The notes: generated by a model from the letters alone, not told the origin. DNA of 63,478 nt, filler included, from an uncultured Methanosarcinales archaeon (GCA_964434885.1; 3 parts of 3 records of this genome joined end to end with filler, not necessarily neighbours in it), one strand, 5' to 3'. Counted from the first letter of the whole stretch, positions 1 to 10,110 are shown. Translations and numbers: made by a program.

Positions 1-2
1 AG

Positions 3-251
3 AAAAAGAAACCAGTTAAAAGAAAATCACCAAAAAGAGTGAAGGCTGGTAAGAAGGCAGCTCGAACTAAAGCACATAAAAAGAATGTTCGGAAAGCAGC
101 CGGTAAGAAGGCAGCAGCAACTAAAAAGAGAAAAAAAGCAGTTCGGAAAGCAGCCGGTAAGAAAGCAGCTCGAACCAGAAAAAGAAAAACTGCAGTGAGA
201 AGAAAAGCTGGTAAGAAGGCAGCAGTAACTCGAAAGAAAAACAAAAGATAA
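3..251 (+). CDS. Histone H1-like Lys/Arg/Ala-rich basic protein (5' end outside window)
   Basis: Frame is open from nt 3 (KKKPVKRKSPKRVKAGKKAART...). Four AGKKAAxT(K/R) repeats, extremely basic. Confidence 0.7.
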   Translation, partial: KKKPVKRKSPKRVKAGKKAARTKAHKKNVRKAAGKKAAATKKRKKAVRKAAGKKAARTRKRKTAVRRKAGKKAAVTRKKNKR

Positions 252-259
252 TTCTTTTT

Positions 260-2224
260 TTATTTTATTATATTTATTATATTATTTAACCAGAGTTTTA
301 ATTTTTCCAAGAAATTTTTTCCCGTGATTTTGATATTAATTTCTTTTTTAGTCTGGAATTTCTTTTTATCTTTGTCTTCCCAAGAAATTTGAACTAAAAA
401 TTTATTACTTGTTCCCAAACCTTGGCTGTTTGATTTAACTAAAAATTGTTTAGGTTGATTTAATTCTTTAATTGTCCATTGGTTTTTGGATTTGGGTCCA
501 ATTAAAACTAACTTCACATTATATGGACTAGAAAAAGAAGATTTTTTAATTGTGGGAGAAATAGTGAACCCTTTATTATATTCGACTTGTTTCGGAAAAT
601 TAATTGTCAAGGCAATTTGTGGTTGATCCAAAATAGTATATTCTAAATATGTGTTTTTTTCAATTACAGAGTTACTTGCTTTTACTAGAATTTTTTGATA
701 GCCTGGAGTTTGACCAGATATTTTTGTATTGATTGTTTCAACCTGGTTAATAGGAAGGGAAGAAATTTCTTTACAAGTGGTAGCTAAACAAAATTTGATA
801 TTTTGAAGATTGGTGTTACCTTTGTTTTTTAATTGACAAGAAAAATCATTAGTTTGATTTAGATTTACTTCTTTTTTGTATTGACAATTAAAATCAATGT
901 TTTGAGAATATGTTTTCTCTCCTTGATCAGGAGTAATCAATTTATTGACTTCTTCTTGAGAGTAAGCAATCTTATTACGTAATGCTTTGAATTTTTTTAC
1001 AATAGAAACATTTTTTTCTGAATACAATGCTACTGGGAATTCATACCAATAATTGCTTTGGAGGTTTTGAGCTACTTTGATAGTCCAAAAAACTTCTTTT
1101 GATTCAAAAGGTTTCAATAAAATAACTTTCTTTTTCTCTCCAATAATTGTAACTTCTTTAGGAACAGCCAAGTTGAGAGTGGTGGCAGCATAATAATTGC
1201 CTTTATTTTCAACTGTTCCTTTAATCAAATTGTAACTGCCAAAACCTACTTCTTTACCTAGAATTTCTTGATCTAATGCAATATCATCTGGACTGGTAAT
1301 TCCTTTATTTTCCACATTAACTACAAATTCTAATTCTTTGGATTTTAATTGAACATTATTAGATAACCATTCAAATTTTGTGGAAGGTTCAGCAGGATCA
1401 AAACCATCTCTTAATTTTATGTGAGTAACATCAACATAACCATATTCACCAAAAGTGATATCAAAACCCACCCACCCATAACCAGGAAAAAATACTTCGG
1501 CCCAACCATGTGGGAGCCAAGGTTCTTCGAAAAGCTCTGAAGTAGAATAACTAATTCCGGAAACAAATCTCGCTGGAATTCCTAAAGAACGACACATTGC
1601 AATAAACAAACTAGTCATCTCATCACAAACTCCTTTCTTATTTTCCAAAACCCAGGAAGCTTTTTGAGAAGAAGTAGTGGTTAGAGTCGTTAATTCATAA
1701 TTGATATTGGCTTCTACCCACTTAGCTAAATTAAAAACAACTTTGAATAAGTCAGTTTCTCCTTCTGCTAATTTAGTAGCTTGAGAAATAATCTTTTGGT
1801 TGTCTTTATCAATAGTTTTAGTCGTGGTTAGATAGTTATCTAGATTTTGAGTGTCTGTTTTAGATAATGGAAAATTAATTTTTTTAGTAATAGGAATTCT
1901 ACGATTTTTGGTTCTGATTTTTGAATTGAAACCATATTTTTTGGTTTCAATTTTTTGGTCATTCCATTCGAAAAAAACAAAATTGGTTTTGGTTGTTCCA
2001 GAACTAGTCCATTTGGTTATTTCTTGACGAAAATTTGGTTCAGGGTAAAGGTGTAATTCGGTTTTAACATTACTTATTTTACCTTGACCTTGATCAATCA
2101 ATTCTATTTCACCTTTTACATCTAAGGAAAGATCTAAAGATTCGTGGAGATAAAGATTATTATCTGCAGAAACAAAAATAGTTAGAAGTAATAATATGGG
2201 GAATAAATGGATGATTTTCATCAT
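260..2224 (-). CDS. Secreted transglutaminase-like domain protein with C-terminal Ig/CARDB-like regions
   Basis: Signal peptide; GVCDEMTSLFIAMCRSLGIPARFVSG, HGWAEV and GWVGFD supply the Cys-His-Asp triad. Confidence 0.85.
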   Translation of the reverse strand: MMKIIHLFPILLLLTIFVSADNNLYLHESLDLSLDVKGEIELIDQGQGKISNVKTELHLYPEPNFRQEITKWTSSGTTKTNFVFFEWNDQKIETKKYGFNSKIRTKNRRIPITKKINFPLSKTDTQNLDNYLTTTKTIDKDNQKIISQATKLAEGETDLFKVVFNLAKWVEANINYELTTLTTTSSQKASWVLENKKGVCDEMTSLFIAMCRSLGIPARFVSGISYSTSELFEEPWLPHGWAEVFFPGYGWVGFDITFGEYGYVDVTHIKLRDGFDPAEPSTKFEWLSNNVQLKSKELEFVVNVENKGITSPDDIALDQEILGKEVGFGSYNLIKGTVENKGNYYAATTLNLAVPKEVTIIGEKKKVILLKPFESKEVFWTIKVAQNLQSNYWYEFPVALYSEKNVSIVKKFKALRNKIAYSQEEVNKLITPDQGEKTYSQNIDFNCQYKKEVNLNQTNDFSCQLKNKGNTNLQNIKFCLATTCKEISSLPINQVETINTKISGQTPGYQKILVKASNSVIEKNTYLEYTILDQPQIALTINFPKQVEYNKGFTISPTIKKSSFSSPYNVKLVLIGPKSKNQWTIKELNQPKQFLVKSNSQGLGTSNKFLVQISWEDKDKKKFQTKKEINIKITGKNFLEKLKLWLNNIINIIK

Positions 2225-2266
2225 CTATACAAAAACATTATAAATTATAAATCTTTCTTTCTCTTA

Positions 2267-3676
2267 ATGATCAAATTATATAATACTTTGACTAGAAAAA
2301 AAGATAAGTTTGTAGCTTTGAAAAAAGAAGTGGGAATTTACACATGTGGTCCAACAATTTATAATTATGCCCATATTGGGAATTTACGTAGTTATATTTT
2401 TGCAGATATTTTAAACCGGGTTTTGGTTTTTAATGGATTTAAAGTTAAACAAATAATCAATCTAACTGATGTAGGTCATTTAGTTTCTGATGCTGATGTC
2501 GGAGAAGATAAAATGATGAAAGCGTTAGTAAGAGAAGGGTTGAAACCTACTGCTAATAATTTGTTGAAAATTGCTGATAAATATGCTAAATCTTTTTTTT
2601 TGGATATTAAGAAATTGAATATTACTGAACCATTTAAATGGCCAAAAGCAACTGAACATATTAAAGAAATGATTAAGATTATTGAATTGTTATTGAAGAA
2701 AGGATTTGCTTATGAAACTTCAACTGCAGTTTATTATGATATTTCTAAATTTAAAGAATATGGTAAATTGGCCAATTTATCATTGGAACAATTGGAAGCT
2801 GGGGCGCGAGTGGAAGTAGATAAAGAGAAGAAAAACCCGCTGGATTTTGTATTGTGGTTTAAAGCAGTAGGGAAGCATACAAAACATATCATGCAGTGGG
2901 ATTCTCCTTTCTCTAAGGGTTTTCCTGGATGGCATATTGAATGTTCAGCTATGTCTTCTAAATATTTAGGAAAGCAATTTGATATTCACACGGGAGGAAT
3001 GGATCATATTCCAGTTCATCACACGAATGAGATTGCACAATCAGAAGCTGCTTTTGGTGTTAAGCCCTGGGTTAAGTACTGGATGCACAATGGATTCTTG
3101 GTTTTAAGTAAAGGAGAAAAAATGGCCAAATCAGGAGAGAATTTTGTGACTTTAGATGTTGTTGAGGAGAGAGGATTTGATGCTTTAGATTATCGTTATT
3201 TTTGTTTGGGAACTAATTATCGTAAACCATTAATGTTTAGTTGGAAAGCCTTGGAAGGAGCTAAAAATGCTTTTCATGGATTGAAAGAGAGGGTTTTAGA
3301 ACTGAAAGATTCAAAGTCAAATGAAGTGAATAAGAAATTAGTGGAGAAGTATCAGAAGCAATTTTTGGAATCTGTTAATGATGATTTGAATACTCCTCAA
3401 GCTTTAGCAGTGATGTGGGATGTTTTGAAAGACGATAAGTTGGAAAGTGAGGGTAAATTGGGTTTGGTTTTGGAATTTGACAAAGTATTTGGTTTAGGTT
3501 TAAAAGATTTAAAGAAAGACAAAATTCCTAAGGTGGTTCTTGAGTTAGTTAGTGCAAGGGAAGCTGCTCGGCAGGAGAAAGATTGGGGATTGGCCGATAA
3601 AATAAGAGATGAAATTAAGAAGAAAGGTTATTTGATTGAAGATGGGAAGGAAGGAGTTAAGGTTAAGAAAGAATAA
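2267..3676 (+). CDS. cysS: Cysteine--tRNA ligase
   Basis: YTCGPTIYNYAHIGN (HIGH), GFPGWHIECSAM, KMAKS. Start placed at MIKLYNTLTR. Confidence 0.97.
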   Translation: MIKLYNTLTRKKDKFVALKKEVGIYTCGPTIYNYAHIGNLRSYIFADILNRVLVFNGFKVKQIINLTDVGHLVSDADVGEDKMMKALVREGLKPTANNLLKIADKYAKSFFLDIKKLNITEPFKWPKATEHIKEMIKIIELLLKKGFAYETSTAVYYDISKFKEYGKLANLSLEQLEAGARVEVDKEKKNPLDFVLWFKAVGKHTKHIMQWDSPFSKGFPGWHIECSAMSSKYLGKQFDIHTGGMDHIPVHHTNEIAQSEAAFGVKPWVKYWMHNGFLVLSKGEKMAKSGENFVTLDVVEERGFDALDYRYFCLGTNYRKPLMFSWKALEGAKNAFHGLKERVLELKDSKSNEVNKKLVEKYQKQFLESVNDDLNTPQALAVMWDVLKDDKLESEGKLGLVLEFDKVFGLGLKDLKKDKIPKVVLELVSAREAARQEKDWGLADKIRDEIKKKGYLIEDGKEGVKVKKE

Positions 3677-3716
3677 TTCTAAAAATTAAAATAAAGAAAT
3701 AAAAAAGAAATAAAAA

Positions 3717-3878
3717 TTACTTCTTAGCGCCCATGATTCTGAACATAGTGGTGCTACACTTTGGGCATTTGCCTTTCATTGCTCTTCTTGTAGTGCCACC
3801 TTTTCCTTTCATAGTGACTTCCTTAGCATCAGACATTTCTTGTTTTGCCTTACATTTCACACAATAAGCTTCTACCAT
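3717..3878 (-). CDS. Small zinc-ribbon protein (DUF5679-like), 53 aa, not in the ORF track
   Basis: Translated by hand: MVEAYCVKCKAKQEMSDAKEVTMKGKGGTTRRAMKGKCPKCSTTMFRIMGAKK. Two CxxC pairs and a GAGGTG Shine-Dalgarno upstream. Confidence 0.85.
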   Translation of the reverse strand: MVEAYCVKCKAKQEMSDAKEVTMKGKGGTTRRAMKGKCPKCSTTMFRIMGAKK

Positions 3879-3958
3879 TTTTTAAAACACCTCATATTAG
3901 TTTTTTTCTTAAATATGTTTTATAGTCTCTATAATTTTAGCTGGTTTTAAAAACCTTC

Positions 3959-6364
3959 CTATAAATTTACTCCTATTTTGACTTTAAATACCTCTGTTTC
4001 TAAATCAGTCTTTCCTTTGAAAATAATGGTTTTTGCGTTCAAAACTGCTTTCAAATCTTCAATTATTGGTTTAATTTTGTTTTCTAAGTCTTTTCCAATA
4101 AAGATAAGTTCTTTAATTTCTGCTTTGAGAGATAATTGTTTTTCAGATTTGAATTTTCTCACAGTATTGATAATATCTACACCTAAATCACCAATCTCTT
4201 CTGCTTCTTTGTTAATTTGATCTTTTTGAAATTCTGGCCATTTAGTTTGATGGATGCTTTTTTGTTCTTTGAAACCTAACTGATATAATTCTTCGGTAAT
4301 GTGTGGAGTGATTGGGGCCATCATCTTGAGAATGGAAAGTATGGTTTGATGTAGGGTTTTTTGTGCGCTTTTTCTTTTGTCATAACCTCTTTCATTGGGA
4401 TTATATAATCTGTCTTTAACAATCTCTAGATATTGGTCACAGAATTGGTGCCAAAAGAATTTTTCTACTCCTGCTTTGGTTTTTGAATATTCATAATTAT
4501 CAAAAGCAGTGGTGCTTTCTTGAATAAGTCGGTTTAGTTTGCTAATTAACCATTGGTCGAAGATTTCCGTGATTTTTGATTTGGAGTCATAATCATCTAA
4601 ATGCATAAGAGCAAATTTAGAAGCATTCCATAGCTTAGTAACAAATTTATGTCCAGCCAAAACTTCTTTTTCTTGATAAGGCAGATCTTCTCCTAATTTA
4701 ACTGAAGCCGCCCAAAAGCGAAAAGCATCAGCCGAGTATTTACTAATCACTTCTTGTGCCACTACAAAATTACCTTTGCTTTTACTCATCTTATGGCCAG
4801 TTGGATCTTGTCCATGTCCGGAAATCATGATATTAGACCAAGGAATGTTTTTGTGATGGTAATAAGATTTAACAATAGTGTAAAAAGCCCAAGTTCTGAT
4901 AATATCATGGGCTTGAGGTCTTAAAGACATTGGTAAGAGGTTGTTTTCTTTGCCGCCCCAATCTTCATTGATCTCTGGAGTGCAAGAAGAAGTCATCCAA
5001 GTATCCATAACGTCCATCTCGGGGATGATATTTGGTTTTTCGCAATCACATTTGCCTGGGAAAGATTCTTCTCTAGGGTCAACAGGAAGCTTCTTTTCAT
5101 CTGCTAAAAAAACTTTCTCACAATTGTCACAATACCATACTGGAAAAGGAACTCCATAAAATCTTTGTCTAGAAATTCCCCAATTCCATTGCAAGTTTTT
5201 AACCCAGTGTTCATAACGAACTTTCATGTGTTGAGGATGCCAGTTAATTTTATCGGCAATTTCAATCAATTCTTCTTTTTTATCTAACACATTAATTTGC
5301 CATTGTGGTTTTTTTAGAAATTCAATTTCTGTACTACATCTTTCGTGAACATTAACGGAATGAGAGATTTCTTTTTGTTTAGTTAGTAAGTTGGCTTCTT
5401 TTAGATCTTCTAGAATTTGTTTTCTAGCTGCTTTGATTTTGAGATTTTCGTATTTATTGGTTAGTTCGTTCATCTTCCCATATTCATTAAAGATAATTCT
5501 AAGAGGAAGTTTATGTCTTTGCCATTTTTCCACATCTTCTTTATCTCCAAACGTACAAACCATCATCAAGCCAGTTCCTTTTTCTTGGTCAACTGCTTCA
5601 TCGCTTAAAATAGGAACTTCATAGTTGAACAAAGGAACTTTAGCAAATTTGCCTTTTAATTTTTGATATCTTTTATCTTCCGGATGATAGAATAAGGCAA
5701 CACAAGCTGGAAGCATTTCTGGTCTAGTAGTTGAGATAATGAGGTCTTGGTTTTTGTGTTTGAAAATTATATCACTAAACTGAGAGTTTAATTCTTGATT
5801 TTCTAAATCTGCTTGAGAGATAGTGGTTTGACATTTAGTACACCACAAAGTAGGTGAATCAATTCTTTCTAGTCTGTTCTTTTTGTATAGATCTAAGAAA
5901 GATTTTTGCGCAACTCTCATGGCTTTATCTCCAATAGTATGGTAAAGAAGATTCCAATCAATAGAGAAACCTAATCTGGTGAATAAATCATGATAAGTTT
6001 TTCCAGTTTTTTCAGTTTCTTTTAAACATAATTTGATGAATTCTTTTCTCGTAATTTTAGATTTGTTGATTTTGTGTTTCTTTTCGACATACCTTTCTGT
6101 AGGTAAACCATTATCATCAAAACCCATGGGAAAGAAAACATTAAAACCTTGCATTTTTTTGTATCTTGCAACAAATTCAAACTGAGAATAATGCATCCCG
6201 TGACCAACGTGTAAATGATCAGCAGAAGCATAAGGGGGAGGGGTGTCGATGCTGTAAATATTTTTGTCTTTAGGATCAAATTTAAAGATTTGATGTTTTT
6301 GCCAATATTCCTGCCACTTTGGTTCTGATTCTTGAGGATTGTATTTTTTAGGTAATTCTTTCAT
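3959..6364 (-). CDS. valS: Valine--tRNA ligase (archaeal type)
   Basis: IDTPPPY, HVGH, GFDDNGLPTE, WGISRQR, KMSKSKGN. Confidence 0.96.
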   Translation of the reverse strand: MKELPKKYNPQESEPKWQEYWQKHQIFKFDPKDKNIYSIDTPPPYASADHLHVGHGMHYSQFEFVARYKKMQGFNVFFPMGFDDNGLPTERYVEKKHKINKSKITRKEFIKLCLKETEKTGKTYHDLFTRLGFSIDWNLLYHTIGDKAMRVAQKSFLDLYKKNRLERIDSPTLWCTKCQTTISQADLENQELNSQFSDIIFKHKNQDLIISTTRPEMLPACVALFYHPEDKRYQKLKGKFAKVPLFNYEVPILSDEAVDQEKGTGLMMVCTFGDKEDVEKWQRHKLPLRIIFNEYGKMNELTNKYENLKIKAARKQILEDLKEANLLTKQKEISHSVNVHERCSTEIEFLKKPQWQINVLDKKEELIEIADKINWHPQHMKVRYEHWVKNLQWNWGISRQRFYGVPFPVWYCDNCEKVFLADEKKLPVDPREESFPGKCDCEKPNIIPEMDVMDTWMTSSCTPEINEDWGGKENNLLPMSLRPQAHDIIRTWAFYTIVKSYYHHKNIPWSNIMISGHGQDPTGHKMSKSKGNFVVAQEVISKYSADAFRFWAASVKLGEDLPYQEKEVLAGHKFVTKLWNASKFALMHLDDYDSKSKITEIFDQWLISKLNRLIQESTTAFDNYEYSKTKAGVEKFFWHQFCDQYLEIVKDRLYNPNERGYDKRKSAQKTLHQTILSILKMMAPITPHITEELYQLGFKEQKSIHQTKWPEFQKDQINKEAEEIGDLGVDIINTVRKFKSEKQLSLKAEIKELIFIGKDLENKIKPIIEDLKAVLNAKTIIFKGKTDLETEVFKVKIGVNL

Positions 6365-6450
6365 TTTAGAAGTGATTGTTGGGTTATTTAAAAAATTAAT
6401 CTATAATCTAAACCCAAAAAGCTTATTAAAGTGCTTATTGTGATAATAAT

Positions 6451-7650
6451 ATGCAACCATTTCCTTTAAAATATCAACCAAAGAAATTGTCGGAAGTTAA
6501 AGGACAAGATACTCCCTTAGGGAAGTTGAAAGGGTATGTTGACAATTATAGGCAGCAAAGAAAAAAAGCTGCTTTTGTTTATGGGCCGATTGGTTGTGGA
6601 AAGACTTGTTCGGTCTATGCTTTAGCTAAAGAAGGGAATTTTGAAACAATTGAGATTAATTCTTCTGATCTTCGTAATGAAGCAGGTATCAATTCTTTAA
6701 TTGGTTCAGCAATGAAACAAAGAAGTTTGTTTTTTCAGAGCAAGATTATAATTATTGATGAGATTGATTGTATTTTTGGTCGGCAAGATAGAGGTTGTGC
6801 TAGTGCGATTAACAAATTGATCAAAGATTCAGTTTATCCAGTGATTTTAACTGCCAATGATCCTTATAATAAGAAATTGGCTACTTTGCGAAAAGCTTCA
6901 GAAATGATTGAATTTAATCGCTTGAGTTATCCAACCGTGGCTAATGTTTTGAAAGATATTTCTGTTCGAGAAGGAATAAAATATGAAGAGATGGCCATTA
7001 ATACTTTAGCCAGAATACAAGATGGAGATTTGAGAGGGGCTTTGATTGATTTACAGTTGTTGGCTTATGATAAGAAATTAACAGTGGGAAAGATAGAGTA
7101 TTTATCTGATCGAAAGAAAACAGACAATATCTTTAATGCTTTACGAATGATCTTTAAAGCTAGTTCAGTAGATAATTCTTTAGAGTCTTTGCGTAATTTA
7201 GATATTCCTATGAATGAAGTAATGTTATGGTTAGATGAAAATTTGCCCTTGGAATATACTGTACCTGCTGATTTGTGTAGGGCATATGATAAATTAAGTA
7301 AAGCCGATGTTTTTAATGGTCGGATACGTAGGCAACAACATTGGAGATTTTTGGTATATATTAATAATTTTTTAACAGCAGGGGTTTCCTCTTCTAAGTC
7401 TGCGAAGAACCCCAATTTTATTCAGTATAGACAGACTAAAAGAATATTGAAGTTATGGCAAGCGAAGATGAGAAATGCTAAGAAAAAAGATTTAGCAGCG
7501 AAAATAGCTTTGAAGACTCATTCTTCTCAGAAAAGAGCTTTGCAGGATGTTTTGTATTTCAAACATATCTTTAAGAATTCTTCTAACCAAGATGAGTTTG
7601 TTGATAATTTTGATTTGAGTAAGGATGAAGTTGATTGGTTAAGAAGGTAA
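6451..7650 (+). CDS. rfcL: Replication factor C large subunit
   Basis: KYQPK, GPIGCGKT Walker A, EINSSDLR, IIDEID, WLDEN, LSKADVF. Confidence 0.92.
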   Translation: MQPFPLKYQPKKLSEVKGQDTPLGKLKGYVDNYRQQRKKAAFVYGPIGCGKTCSVYALAKEGNFETIEINSSDLRNEAGINSLIGSAMKQRSLFFQSKIIIIDEIDCIFGRQDRGCASAINKLIKDSVYPVILTANDPYNKKLATLRKASEMIEFNRLSYPTVANVLKDISVREGIKYEEMAINTLARIQDGDLRGALIDLQLLAYDKKLTVGKIEYLSDRKKTDNIFNALRMIFKASSVDNSLESLRNLDIPMNEVMLWLDENLPLEYTVPADLCRAYDKLSKADVFNGRIRRQQHWRFLVYINNFLTAGVSSSKSAKNPNFIQYRQTKRILKLWQAKMRNAKKKDLAAKIALKTHSSQKRALQDVLYFKHIFKNSSNQDEFVDNFDLSKDEVDWLRR

Positions 7651-7683
7651 AATTAATAAAAGAAAAAAGAAACCCCACATAAA

Positions 7684-9153
7684 ATGACTTTAGAACAGTT
7701 TCATAGTTTTTTGAAAAAGAAAGGTTTTATCTATCCTAGTTCTGAGATTTATGGCGGAATTAGTGGTTTTTATGATTACGGGCATTTAGGAACTTTGTTG
7801 AAAAGGAACTTGGAAAATACTTGGAGAAAATATTTTTTAGGTTTGGATCCAAACTATTTTGAAATTGATGCTTGTCAAATTATGCACCATGATGTTTTCA
7901 AAGCTTCTGGCCACATTGAACATTTTCTAGATCCAATCTTGAATTGTAGTAAATGTGATTTTACGGAAAGAGCAGATCATTTCTTGTTGGAACATACTAA
8001 AGAAAAACATATTGAAGGGTTGTCTGTGAAGAGATATGATGAACTTATTTCTCATTATGGTTTAACTTGTCCTACTTGTAAAAGTGCTTTACAGAAAGTT
8101 AAAATGATTAATATGATGTTTCCTTTGTATCTAGGAACTTCTCAATCCCAGATTGCTTACTTGCGTCCGGAGACGGCCCAATCTCCTTATGTTAATTTCA
8201 AATTGCAGCATGAATTGTTGAGGAAGAAAATTCCACTTGGTTTAGCAACGATTGGAAAAGCTTTTAGGAATGAGATTTCTCCACGGAATTTAACTTTGCG
8301 TGGTCGGGAATTTACGCAAGCAGAATTGCAGATTTTCTTTAATCCTCAAAACTTTGAAGTTGATTTCAAGAAAGTTGAAGATCAGAAATTGCAAATGTTG
8401 TTGGTTAGAGATCGGAAAGAAAGTATGGTTAAGAAGATTTCTTGTAAATCTTTGAAGAAAGACCTTCCAGAATGGTATATTTATCATTTAGCAAAAATTC
8501 AAGAGTTTTTCTTAGAAGTTTTGCAGGTTCCGGTTGATAAATTTCGTTTGTTTGAATTGACTAAAGAAGAAAGAGCTTTTTATAACAAATATCATTTTGA
8601 TATTGAGATTGATTTGAACAATCTTGGTTTTACTGAAGTTGGTGGTTTGCATTATCGAACCGACCATGATTTAGGTGGACATCAAAAGACTTCTGGACAG
8701 AAAATGGAATTAATTGATGACAAAGGAGAGAAGTTTGTTCCCCGAGTATTAGAATTATCTTTTGGAATGGACCGGATGCTTTATTCACTTTTGGACTTAA
8801 ATTATGTTAAAGATGAAAAAAGAGGAAATGTGGTTTTAGGATTGCCTAAGAAATTATCTCCTTTCTTTTGTGCAGTATTTCCATTAGTTAAGAATAAAGA
8901 AAAGATTGTTGGGAAGGCTGAGAAAGTGTTTAAGGAATTGAATGGTTGTTATTCTTGTTATTATGATCAAGCTAGCAGTGTTGGTCGTCGTTACGCTCGG
9001 GCAGATGAAATTGGAGTGGTCAATTGTATTACAGTAGATTTTGAAAGTCTAGATGATGATTGTGTGACTATTCGTGATCGAGATAATACCAAACAAAAAA
9101 GAGTCAAGATTTCTGAATTGAAAAATAAGTTGTTTGAATTGTATACTAGTTGA
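7684..9153 (+). CDS. glyS: Glycine--tRNA ligase (alpha2 type)
   Basis: EIYGG, YLRPETAQ, FRNEISPR, REFTQAE, SVGRRYARADEIG. Confidence 0.96.
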   Translation: MTLEQFHSFLKKKGFIYPSSEIYGGISGFYDYGHLGTLLKRNLENTWRKYFLGLDPNYFEIDACQIMHHDVFKASGHIEHFLDPILNCSKCDFTERADHFLLEHTKEKHIEGLSVKRYDELISHYGLTCPTCKSALQKVKMINMMFPLYLGTSQSQIAYLRPETAQSPYVNFKLQHELLRKKIPLGLATIGKAFRNEISPRNLTLRGREFTQAELQIFFNPQNFEVDFKKVEDQKLQMLLVRDRKESMVKKISCKSLKKDLPEWYIYHLAKIQEFFLEVLQVPVDKFRLFELTKEERAFYNKYHFDIEIDLNNLGFTEVGGLHYRTDHDLGGHQKTSGQKMELIDDKGEKFVPRVLELSFGMDRMLYSLLDLNYVKDEKRGNVVLGLPKKLSPFFCAVFPLVKNKEKIVGKAEKVFKELNGCYSCYYDQASSVGRRYARADEIGVVNCITVDFESLDDDCVTIRDRDNTKQKRVKISELKNKLFELYTS

Positions 9154-9154
9154 A

Positions 9155-9925
9155 TTACAAAGTATCTCTTACCACTTCTAGAAGATTAGCGATTAAACTA
9201 TCGGCCACACTTTGATTTTGACCTTTCTTTAAATCTTCAACCATCATTTTAATTTTTTGATTCTGATTTCCATATTGTTCAAAAGTAATCGCAACCTTGT
9301 GATCAATTGTGTGTTGGTTTTTGTCGGTGTTATTAGAGATCCATTTTCCTGCTTCTAAAATTTCTGAGTTTCTCTTTTCATTACTTAATTCAATCATCGC
9401 CTGCCCAATCAAGGAGTTAGCATATTCTAATCTTTGGCCTTCTTTAAGAAATTTGAGAGCCATCGAGAATTGGTCTTTTTTAGAATGTCCCTTCTCAAAA
9501 AAACTCGTGGCAGCCACATCCATCCCCATCCTGAATAAGTCCAGATTATCAAATATGACAGTACCAATATACAAAGATAGTAAAACTGCCAACCAAACCA
9601 GTTGCATTTCAGGAACCCAGATAACCGCAATAAAATAAATGATCATTAAACTTAACAACAAAGAAAGACCTAAAAAGAAAGTGCACAGGTATCCAAAAAA
9701 TCTTTGGACAAATACTTTTCCCACAGTAGTATAACTAAAAGCAAAGTATCCAGTTAAACTGCATAAAGTAATTATCCCCATAATTACAGCAATGGCTTCT
9801 AATTTTCCTGATTGACTAGCTGCAAGTAATCCTTTTCTAATAGGGTTTAATAGCAAGGCCGCAATAACAAAAGTGAGAGTGTATTTGATTAAATGTTCTT
9901 CCAATATTCTCTTAGTAAAAGCCAT
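9155..9925 (-). CDS. Hypothetical membrane protein (about 4 TM helices plus soluble C-terminus)
   Basis: 256-aa ORF, four hydrophobic segments, TATA-like TTTAAATA about 22 nt upstream. Confidence 0.75.
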   Translation of the reverse strand: MAFTKRILEEHLIKYTLTFVIAALLLNPIRKGLLAASQSGKLEAIAVIMGIITLCSLTGYFAFSYTTVGKVFVQRFFGYLCTFFLGLSLLLSLMIIYFIAVIWVPEMQLVWLAVLLSLYIGTVIFDNLDLFRMGMDVAATSFFEKGHSKKDQFSMALKFLKEGQRLEYANSLIGQAMIELSNEKRNSEILEAGKWISNNTDKNQHTIDHKVAITFEQYGNQNQKIKMMVEDLKKGQNQSVADSLIANLLEVVRDTL

Positions 9926-9967
9926 AATTTATCCGAAAGAAGACCTTATTTAAATTTTATGATAGAA

Positions 9968-10098
9968 TGGTGCTGTCAAGTTAAATGTGTTAGTAACAAA
10001 ACCACCCTGCATGGCCCAGGGATTTTTAGCTAAAAAAAGCTAAAAATGGGCCTCCTTTGGCAAAAGTGGTTTTGTAACACGCAAAATTGACTACACCA
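9968..10098. repeat. Structured intergenic element, copy 1 (long hairpin with GGCCC/GGGCC core)
   Basis: Outer stem ACAAAACCAC/GTGGTTTTGT, inner stem ATTTTTAGCT/AGCTAAAAAT, core GCATGGCCCAGG...GGGCCTCCTTTGGC shared with 22533-22617. Confidence 0.8.
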
Positions 10099-10110
10099 GA
10101 TAGAATATAT

